Shown one piece after another: positions 56,646-64,000 of a DNA stretch of 64,000 bases. Both the position numbers and the translations under genes were made by a program. The first letter of the stretch is position 1; each line of letters starts with the position of its first letter. Source of the stretch: Clostridia bacterium (GTDB lineage Bacteria > Bacillota > Clostridia > JAAYHZ01); the NCBI GenBank assembly GCA_050950825.1, contig JBMNIH010000003.1:384001-448000 (forward strand). The letters run 5' to 3'. Below the pieces are notes generated by a model that made no database searches, was not told the origin of the DNA, and was given only the letters and a program-made list of their open reading frames with translations.

Positions 56646-58130
56646 TTAAGCCTCCTTGTCTAAACCGGTAACTTTTAAAAATGTATCGTATGCATCATCC
56701 CAAGCTTGGGTATCGATAGGTTCCATAATTTTCGGTTCAAAAGAGCGGCGAATCAACTCTCTTGCTTGAGGAATGTCCTTTAATTCTCCCAAACAAATCA
56801 GCTGTCCCGCTATGTTCCCCGCGGAAGTGGCCTCAACCGGTCCTGCGATTACCGGTTTTCCTATGGCGGATGCGGTAAAGCGTAAGAGCAAATCGTTTTT
56901 GCTTCCTCCTCCCACCACATGAAGCTCTTCAAAGGTGACACCACGGATCTTTTCCAATGCCGTTATGGCGTATCGGTATTTCATGGCCAAGCTTTCCAAA
57001 ATACAGCGGGTAATCTGTCCTCGGGTTTCGGGAATTTTCTGCCCGGTGTTTTTGCAATACTCTCGGATGCGAGAAGGCATATCGCCGGGTTCGTAGAATA
57101 CACCGTCGTCCGGATCGATAAATGCCAAGAAAGCTTCCGCTTCCTCCGCCCATTTATCCAGCCGGTCGTATTGAATGGGACCTGTTTCCAATTCCCATTG
57201 GCGTTTGCTTTCTTGCAAAATCCACAATCCCATAATGTTTTTTAACAATCGAATCCTGCCGCCAAAGCCCCCCTCGTTGGTGTAGTTTAAGCGGAAGGTA
57301 TGTTCATTGATCACCGGCTCCGGACATTCGGTGCCCAACAGCGACCACGTTCCGGAACTGATATACGCAAAGTCCTTTTTGGAAGACGGTACCGCCAAAA
57401 CGGCGCTTGCCGTATCGTGTCCGGCGGTTGCAATGATTTTCACGTCTCGTAAGCCGGTGGCTTGGCACATGTCTTTCGTCAGTTTTCCCGCCGGGGTACC
57501 GGAAGGAACCGGATCTTTTAATAAATCGTCTCGAATGTTCAGTTTCTTTAATATGGCCTTGTCCCATTCCTTGGTTCGTGCATTGAGCAATTGAGACGTA
57601 CTGGCGATAGAATATTCACAGAGCATTTCACCGGATAAGTAATAGTTGAATAAATCCGGCATAAATAACAGGGTATCGGCAAGGTCCAAAAGCTCCTTTT
57701 GGATTTTGCTTAATGCCAGCAGCTGGTACACCGTATTCAGCTTCATAAATTGAATGCCGGTGCTGTTGTAAAATTCTTCATCGCTGACGTACTTTGCCGC
57801 TTCCTCCTGCATACCGTCCGTTCTTTTATCCCTGTAGTGCACCGGATTGGCGATGAGTTGGCCGTTTTTGTCCAAAAGCCCGAAGTCCACTCCCCAAGTA
57901 TCGGAGGAGGCGGAGGCCAGGTCCTGATGTCCTTCTTGATAGCACCTTATCAAGGTGTGTTTCATTTCGTTCATCAGCCTTAATATATCCCAATACAAGG
58001 TTCCGTTAAACATGACGGGATCGTTTGAGAAACGATGGATTTCGCGGAGTGAAATTTTTTCCCCGTCAAATTCCGACAAAATGGCTTTGCCGCTGCTTGC
58101 TCCAAAATCAAAAGCCAAGGATTTTAACAT
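56646..58130 (-). CDS. Rhamnulokinase-like FGGY carbohydrate kinase
   Basis: DFGASSG, DTWGVDFGL, YRD.RT, GHDTASAV, SSGTWSL.G.E, NE.G, KNIMGLW, VGGGS.N, GPVEAT. Confidence 0.9.
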   Translation of the reverse strand: MLKSLAFDFGASSGKAILSEFDGEKISLREIHRFSNDPVMFNGTLYWDILRLMNEMKHTLIRCYQEGHQDLASASSDTWGVDFGLLDKNGQLIANPVHYRDKRTDGMQEEAAKYVSDEEFYNSTGIQFMKLNTVYQLLALSKIQKELLDLADTLLFMPDLFNYYLSGEMLCEYSIASTSQLLNARTKEWDKAILKKLNIRDDLLKDPVPSGTPAGKLTKDMCQATGLRDVKIIATAGHDTASAVLAVPSSKKDFAYISSGTWSLLGTECPEPVINEHTFRLNYTNEGGFGGRIRLLKNIMGLWILQESKRQWELETGPIQYDRLDKWAEEAEAFLAFIDPDDGVFYEPGDMPSRIREYCKNTGQKIPETRGQITRCILESLAMKYRYAITALEKIRGVTFEELHVVGGGSKNDLLLRFTASAIGKPVIAGPVEATSAGNIAGQLICLGELKDIPQARELIRRSFEPKIMEPIDTQAWDDAYDTFLKVTGLDKEA

Positions 58131-59425
58131 AACGTACCTCCTTTTTTATGCCGGTCTAAAAATTGTCGGGCATACAATCGGATTCTTTGATTCAAATCAG
58201 GATATTTTGCTATTGTTTCGGTCGAAAAAAGAGCCAAGGTCCTGTCCTGTGCGGCTGCATATTCATGTTGAATCAAAGCATAGGTGGAATACACAAGATT
58301 TTGCAGCTCGGAGCTTCTCAAGGCTTCGCATATAAAGTTCTGTCTCGGCGAGTTAATATCCTCCCCGCTAATTTCCATAAAATCGAAGGCATTACACAAA
58401 ATTTTTATTCTTTGAAGCTGCAAAGGAGTGTTTCGGGAGGGCATATATGTGACGGCACGAAATCCTAACCGTTTCAGCTCTCCGAACAATTCGTTCAAGT
58501 AATCGTCTTCAAACTTCTGCGCTTTCTTATCCCCGGTTATCGAATCGTAAACGTCTCCAAGATAGGCATAAGCGGATATGGCACCGATTCGCTCGGCCAA
58601 ATCGATGACGGCGGCAACGTCCGGGCATTCGTTTTCGTCCGCAGGTATATAAAATTTTTCAACCAGATCGCTTTTTAAAGCTCCCAGCAAATCGTACGGG
58701 TAATAGGGATTGTCCGGATCTTCCAAATAGGCGGTGTTTTTGCGGCTGACCGGAATTTTTAACGTGTCCGTTAAGAAACGAAGAGTATTTTTACCTCTCC
58801 CGTAAACGGAAAGGATTCTTTCGGATAGGGCAAACAATAGATGCCTTTCCGTAACGCTTCCCCCTTCACGAGCCTTCGATAAAGGAAGCACATCCTTGTC
58901 ATAATCCAAAGGGCCTACATGCTTCGCCGTCAATTCATTAATTCTCTCCGTCATACGGCGGTTACGAATTTCCCGGTGTCGAGATACGGTCCGGCAGAAT
59001 TGCTCCGCATCGGAAAGCCGGTCATAAGGAATACCGTGAAGGGCGATATAGGCGATATCGTCTTGGTCCGGATTGTTGATTCTCCTTCCGGAAACGGAGG
59101 TATTCTTCATACTGACCCGAAGCTCCACGCCGGAGGTTACCGGAAAATCCGCAATACGGCCGGCTTGTATAAACTCCTTTACCCCCGCAACGGAATCATG
59201 ATCCATGATTCCGGCAGTACCCAGCCCGGCTCTTATGGCCATGGCAACAGCCTTTGTCGGCGAATACGGGGAAAAGGAATACCAGGTGTGAATATGATTG
59301 TTCACATCGGAAAAGGAGGTACTCGAAGAATTCAAGCTCTTGTTATCAACCAGCATCTCCAATTCTTTTAAACGAACCTCTTGATTCGGATGATTCAATT
59401 GTTCAAATAGTCGCAAATTATCCAT
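58124..59425 (-). CDS. PHP domain protein (metal-dependent phosphoesterase fold)
   Basis: NNHIHT.YS, GIMDHDSV, GVE, ISGEDINSPRQ. Confidence 0.8.
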   Translation of the reverse strand: MDNLRLFEQLNHPNQEVRLKELEMLVDNKSLNSSSTSFSDVNNHIHTWYSFSPYSPTKAVAMAIRAGLGTAGIMDHDSVAGVKEFIQAGRIADFPVTSGVELRVSMKNTSVSGRRINNPDQDDIAYIALHGIPYDRLSDAEQFCRTVSRHREIRNRRMTERINELTAKHVGPLDYDKDVLPLSKAREGGSVTERHLLFALSERILSVYGRGKNTLRFLTDTLKIPVSRKNTAYLEDPDNPYYPYDLLGALKSDLVEKFYIPADENECPDVAAVIDLAERIGAISAYAYLGDVYDSITGDKKAQKFEDDYLNELFGELKRLGFRAVTYMPSRNTPLQLQRIKILCNAFDFMEISGEDINSPRQNFICEALRSSELQNLVYSTYALIQHEYAAAQDRTLALFSTETIAKYPDLNQRIRLYARQFLDRHKKGGTLC

Positions 59426-59431
59426 GACCTG

Positions 59432-60199
59432 CTATCTCATTTCCTGTCCGCCGGTTACGTTAATGGCTTGTCCGGTCATATACGAGGACTGATCGGATGC
59501 TAAAAATACCATAACGTTGGCAACGTCTTCGTACTCACAGGATCTTTTCAAAGGGACTTGGTTTAAATATTTTTCACGAACTTGCTCTTTAGTAATGCCT
59601 TGGTTTCTTGCATATTGTTCGAACAAACTGTCTCTCCATAAAGGAGAATTTAAAAGATTTCCCGGGCAAATGGCGTTGACACGAATATTGTATTCCGCCA
59701 GCTCCAAAGCCAAGCTTTGGGTCAGGCCGATTCCACCGAACTTCGATGACGCATATGCGGAGTTTTTATAGGAACCTTTTTTCCCGGATTTACTGTTAAT
59801 CTGGATAATGCAGCCGCTTCTCTGCTTGATCATGTAAGGCACTACCGCTTTTGCACTGAGAAAATAGCCGGTTAAGTTGACATCGATCATTTTCCGCCAT
59901 TCCTCCGGTGTAAATTCCGTGATAGCCTTTGCAATCAAAATAGCCGCATTGGAAACTAAAATATCGATCCTTCCGAATTTTTCGACGGTCCGGTTAGCGG
60001 CTTCCTCCAGCTGTTCGAATTTCGTGACATCAGTTTTTATGGCTATGGACTCTTTTAATAACGAAGCCGTTTCCTTTACCGCATCTTCGTTGATGTCCAA
60101 TACCGCCACCTTACAGCCTTCATTGCTCAAACGTTCGGCCAAATGCCTTCCTAAGCCTTGTCCTGCACCGGTCACCATTGCAACTTTGTCTTTTAACAT
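59432..60199 (-). CDS. SDR oxidoreductase, sorbitol-6-phosphate dehydrogenase (SrlD)-like
   Basis: TGAGQGLG, INSKSGKKGS.KNSAYASSKFGGIGLTQSLA, GNLL.SP, TGQAINVTGGQ. Confidence 0.85.
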   Translation of the reverse strand: MLKDKVAMVTGAGQGLGRHLAERLSNEGCKVAVLDINEDAVKETASLLKESIAIKTDVTKFEQLEEAANRTVEKFGRIDILVSNAAILIAKAITEFTPEEWRKMIDVNLTGYFLSAKAVVPYMIKQRSGCIIQINSKSGKKGSYKNSAYASSKFGGIGLTQSLALELAEYNIRVNAICPGNLLNSPLWRDSLFEQYARNQGITKEQVREKYLNQVPLKRSCEYEDVANVMVFLASDQSSYMTGQAINVTGGQEMR

Positions 60200-60472
60200 T
60201 CTTACCCTCCAAACCAATGCTTACCGATATGGTATCACAGATACAATCAATGTAGAAGATGATTTCCATCGTTTTCATGTACTTTCGTATAAGCGGAACG
60301 TAAAACAAACGAGCAAGAGAATCTTAAAAAATCCAAACAAGGAAACATAAACAATAACATAAGCATTATTCAGCTAATTACCGCGTAATAAAGAAAGGAT
60401 TCCCTTGCCGCAAACAAGTATATCAAAAAACTATGGAGAAGAAAAGCGGTTTTAAGCTGCCGTTTCCCGGAA

Positions 60473-61288
60473 TTACAACATAATCACACGGCTTTCCGAA
60501 AAAGCCTTTCTCGTATCTTCGTCTAAAAGCAAAGGATCTTCGCAAATGAAGCAGTCCACATCCTCCAAGCTTGCGAATGTAAAGGCCAAATCCTTGTTGA
60601 ATTTACCGGTATCCATAAGCAAAAACACCTTTTTCGCTTTTTGAACCACATGCTTTTTTAAAGCGCATTCGTTCATATTGGAGACCGTAAATCCGCGATC
60701 GACGGAAAACCCGGAAGCCGACATAAAGGCCAAATCGATATTGACTTGGGATAAAACATCCAAAGAGGTCGGTCCCGAACAGGACAATGTATTGGCATTT
60801 ACATTTCCCCCCGGTAAAAACACCGAGATGCGAGTCTTCTTCACCAACTCCAAGGCCGTGTTCACCGCGCTGGTAATAACGGTATAGCTGTCGTCTTTTA
60901 ACAAGCGGGCCAGCTGCATAATGGTGGAGCCGGCATCCAAATACACGGATCGTCCCTTTTCCACGTAAGGCAGCGCTTTTTTGGCAATGACGGCCTTCGC
61001 TTCCCTGTTTTCTCTCGCACGCATGGAGTATGCATCTTCTTCCCCTTCCGTTCGGAGCTTGTCTCGACTGACGGCTCCGCCGTGGGTTCGAATCAAATAA
61101 CCCTTTTCTTCCAGATATGTCAGGTCCCTTCTTAAGGTCATGACGGAATATTCGGGAAATTCTTTGCTTAACCCTTTTAATTGAATTTCACCATGCCGGT
61201 TGAGTAAGTTTAAAATTTGCTTTTGCCTGTCGTTCAGTTCAACCACCCTCTCCGGAGTATACCGGAAGAAAGGTGACATGAAAGCCAC
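60473..61288 (-). CDS. DeoR/GlpR family transcriptional regulator (start uncertain)
   Basis: SVMTLRRDL..LE..G...RTHGGA, LDAGST, DLAFMSASG. Confidence 0.9.
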   Translation of the reverse strand: MAFMSPFFRYTPERVVELNDRQKQILNLLNRHGEIQLKGLSKEFPEYSVMTLRRDLTYLEEKGYLIRTHGGAVSRDKLRTEGEEDAYSMRARENREAKAVIAKKALPYVEKGRSVYLDAGSTIMQLARLLKDDSYTVITSAVNTALELVKKTRISVFLPGGNVNANTLSCSGPTSLDVLSQVNIDLAFMSASGFSVDRGFTVSNMNECALKKHVVQKAKKVFLLMDTGKFNKDLAFTFASLEDVDCFICEDPLLLDEDTRKAFSESRVIML

Positions 61289-61304
61289 CTTTCTTATTCT
61301 TTCC

Positions 61305-63776
61305 TTATACCCCTTCTTTATTTCGTCTCATCAATTCCACGTCCGTAAAATTGTTGGTAGGAACGTGACCTTTTAAAGGTAATATTTTTTCGTGAATGGC
61401 ATCAATAATCCAAGACGCTTGCGGGAAGAATTCTTCTTCGTACTCGTGAGCCGGCGTGATCCAGTTTCTTGCGCCTACTACTACGGGAGGAGCATCCAAG
61501 TAATCAAACGCCAATTCGCTGATGGTTTGGGCCAAGTCCTTCAAGTGGGATCCTCTGTCGCAGGCATCTCCGGCTAACAAGATGCGCCCCGTCTTCTTCA
61601 CCGATTCGATGACCTTTTCATAATTGAACGGAACAAGGCTTCTTGCATCGATTAATTCGACGGAAAGTCCGTACTTGTCCTTGAGGATTTTCGCCGCATC
61701 CCATGCTCTGTAAAGAGTAGCTCCTACGGTTAATATGGTAATGTCATTTCCCTGCAATTTTACATCCGGTTCTCCGATGGGGATTTCATAATATCCTTCC
61801 GGAACACCTTCTTCTCGGAACCATTCGCCGTAATCGTAAACTCTCTGGCTTTCAAAGAATATAACCGGGTCGGTTCCGGCCAAAGCGCTGTTCATTAACC
61901 CCTTGGCATCGTAGGGGGTTACCGGGAATACCACCTTCAAGCCCGGAATATGAGCCGTAAGAGAAGTCCAGTCTTGGGAGTGCTGCGCACCGTATTTGGA
62001 TCCTACGGAAATACGAAGAACAACCGGCATTTTCAACTGCCCTGCGCTCATAGCCTGCCATTTGGAAAGCTGGTTAAACACTTCGTCTCCGGCACGGCCT
62101 AAAAAGTCGCTGTACATCAATTCCACAATGGCACGGCCGCCGCACATGGCGTACCCTACCGCCGATCCTACAATGGCACCCTCGGATATGGGAGAGTTGA
62201 ACAAACGATGGTAAGGCAGCGATTCCGTCAAGCCTCTATACACGGCAAAAGCGCCGCCCCAGTCGCGGTTTTCTTCCCCGTAAGCCACCAAGGTCGGATC
62301 CGTATAGAATTTATCCAAAATCGCTTCGAAAATGGCGTCGCGAACTTGAAATACCTTGTTTTTCGAAACCGGTTTTCCGTCTTGGAATCCGAAGCGTACT
62401 TTGCTTGCAATCTGCTTCACACGAGGATTTTCTTCCTTCGGAATCAACACGTCGCAGGGACGGTCTTCCATCTTCTCGATCTTTTGGTTGGAGAACATCA
62501 ATTTTTCAATGGCTCTCGGATCGGCTTTTAAGTCCATATAGGGGGAGATGCCCTTGTCAACGGTGAATCGGCAAATGTCGGTTATCAATTTTTGAGTATA
62601 TTCCAAAATGCCGTCAAATTCACTGTCGGGAGCCACATTGGCTTCCGCCAATTTGGTACGGTATTCGATCAAAGAATCGTGCTTCTGCCAAGCTTCGACT
62701 TCTTCCTTCGTCCGATAAGAAGAAGCGTCGGAAGGAGAATGGCCGGAGAAACGATAAGTAACAACGTCCAACAAAACGGGACCTTTTTTGGCAAGGAGCA
62801 GTTCCTTTTTACGCTTGATCGCATCGGCAACCGCCAACGGATTGTAGCCGTCCACACGTTCGGCGTGCATTTGCTCCGGATTCACCCCGGCTCCGATACG
62901 GGCTAGCATTTCGTATCCCATGGTTTCTCCCACGGTTTGTCCGCCCATGCCGTATTGGTTGTTCATGATGTTGAATATGATGGGCAAGCCTCCTTTATGC
63001 TCGCCTTCCCACAAGGTTTTGTATTGGTCCATTGCGGCAAAGCTTAAGGCTTCCCAAACCGGACCGCATCCTAAAGAAGCGTCTCCGATATTGGCGATAA
63101 CGATACCGTCTTTTAGGTTCACTTTTTTGTACAAAGCCGCACCGGTGGCGATGTCCGCAGAGCCTCCCACGATAGCGTTATTCGGATATATGCCGAAAGG
63201 CAGGAAGAAAGCATGCATGGATCCGCCTAAGCCTCTTGTAAAGCCGGTTTCGCGGGCAAAGATTTCCGCCATGGTTCCGTATATCAAAAAGGCAATGGCC
63301 AATTCTTTTACGGAGCCCGCGTTTTTATAGTTTAGTTCCACAACCTTCAAAACGACGCCGTCTCGATAGGTTTCCATGATATTCATTAATTCCGAATCGG
63401 AAAGCTTTTGTATCGCCGAAAGCCCTTTTGCCAGGATTTCGCCGTGGCTTCTATGGGAACCGAAGATGAAATCGTTGGTATCCAAATAGTAGGCCTGCCC
63501 TACGGCTGCGGCTTCTTGGCCGATACTCAAGTGCGCCGGACCCGGATGGTTGTATTCGATGCCGTTATACTGGCCGGTGGTTTTGATGGCGTTCATCATG
63601 GTTTCAAATTCCCGAATAATCGCCATGTCACGGTAAATTCTCAAGAAGTCTTCTTTTGTATAGTTTTCTTTTTCCTGCTCCACGGTCTTATCGTATTGAT
63701 TGACCGGGATATCGGTGAACCGAATAAAGCTCTTCGCTCTCATTTTATCGGGGTCTATATTTAAAATTTTGGTCAT
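61305..63776 (-). CDS. Fused E1 alpha/beta ThDP-dependent 2-oxoacid/acetoin-type dehydrogenase
   Basis: [22 protein letters not shown]...NNQYG ThDP motif, [10 protein letters not shown]; beta half GEE..WGGAF, PISE, QHSQ, PYDAKG. Confidence 0.9.
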   Translation of the reverse strand: MTKILNIDPDKMRAKSFIRFTDIPVNQYDKTVEQEKENYTKEDFLRIYRDMAIIREFETMMNAIKTTGQYNGIEYNHPGPAHLSIGQEAAAVGQAYYLDTNDFIFGSHRSHGEILAKGLSAIQKLSDSELMNIMETYRDGVVLKVVELNYKNAGSVKELAIAFLIYGTMAEIFARETGFTRGLGGSMHAFFLPFGIYPNNAIVGGSADIATGAALYKKVNLKDGIVIANIGDASLGCGPVWEALSFAAMDQYKTLWEGEHKGGLPIIFNIMNNQYGMGGQTVGETMGYEMLARIGAGVNPEQMHAERVDGYNPLAVADAIKRKKELLLAKKGPVLLDVVTYRFSGHSPSDASSYRTKEEVEAWQKHDSLIEYRTKLAEANVAPDSEFDGILEYTQKLITDICRFTVDKGISPYMDLKADPRAIEKLMFSNQKIEKMEDRPCDVLIPKEENPRVKQIASKVRFGFQDGKPVSKNKVFQVRDAIFEAILDKFYTDPTLVAYGEENRDWGGAFAVYRGLTESLPYHRLFNSPISEGAIVGSAVGYAMCGGRAIVELMYSDFLGRAGDEVFNQLSKWQAMSAGQLKMPVVLRISVGSKYGAQHSQDWTSLTAHIPGLKVVFPVTPYDAKGLMNSALAGTDPVIFFESQRVYDYGEWFREEGVPEGYYEIPIGEPDVKLQGNDITILTVGATLYRAWDAAKILKDKYGLSVELIDARSLVPFNYEKVIESVKKTGRILLAGDACDRGSHLKDLAQTISELAFDYLDAPPVVVGARNWITPAHEYEEEFFPQASWIIDAIHEKILPLKGHVPTNNFTDVELMRRNKEGV

Positions 63777-63795
63777 TTTATACACTCCTTTTTAT

Positions 63796-64000
63796 TTAAA
63801 ATTCAAAGATTCCCTCACGAATGATTTCGCTAACGGTAGGATGAGGGAATATGATTTGCTTAATATCTTCTAATCTCATTTCGCATTCGATCATAGGCGC
63901 TACGCCGTATATAATTTCGGAGGCATAGCTTCCGATCATGTGAACTCCGATTAATCTTTGGTTCTTTTTATCGACAATCAGCTTGCATATGCCGTTGCCC
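63796..64000 (-). CDS. lpdA: Dihydrolipoyl dehydrogenase (E3), C-terminal part
   Basis: Hand translation: ...GICKLIVD...LIGVHMIGSYASEII...IFPHPTVSEIIRE (HPTxSE motif); directly upstream of E1. Confidence 0.85.
   Translation of the reverse strand, partial: GNGICKLIVDKKNQRLIGVHMIGSYASEIIYGVAPMIECEMRLEDIKQIIFPHPTVSEIIREGIFEF

Noticed and set aside
55221-58130. Calling the kinase and aldolase rhaB and rhaD
   Set aside because: No rhamnose isomerase or mutarotase is visible and the context differs, so the substrate is not established.
60300-60362. Repeated AAACA motifs upstream of the SDR as DeoR operators
   Set aside because: Spacing is irregular and the region is A-rich, so it cannot be distinguished from background.

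Overview
Chromosomal window from a spore-forming Clostridia-like bacterium (Bacillota), inferred from SASP, yabPQ, ykvI, csaB, rnfCDGEAB and Rho with an N-terminal insertion. Most genes are on the minus strand. In order: a partial amidohydrolase and a large orphan sugar-binding lipoprotein; an AraC regulator split by a 3157-bp four-gene TGT...ACA transposable element (DUF6431-like Cys protein, DDE transposase, ExeA/AAA ATPase, small unknown ORF); five tRNAs; hslO, a methyltransferase, SASP, ctpA, an M23 hydrolase, ftsXE, a CdaR regulator and msmX; a GT4-CsaB fusion and tagA; the rnf operon; GNAT and PIG-L genes; an aconitase-X pair that appears to have lost its catalytic residues; His6-type hisA; an ABC-F gene with a uORF/attenuator leader next to helD; a GldAFG-like ABC system; ThuA, Gfo/Idh/MocA and UroD-like genes with a second paralogous lipoprotein; divIC, yabQPO, mazG, prmC, rpmE and rho. 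The window ends in an uncharacterised carbohydrate locus (lpdA, fused E1 alpha/beta, DeoR, SrlD-like SDR, PHP, FGGY kinase, ASRT, class II aldolase). The best candidates for new biology are that sugar locus, the degenerate AcnX pair, the four-gene transposon and the ABC-F leader. All family assignments come from reading motifs by eye, with no database searches.
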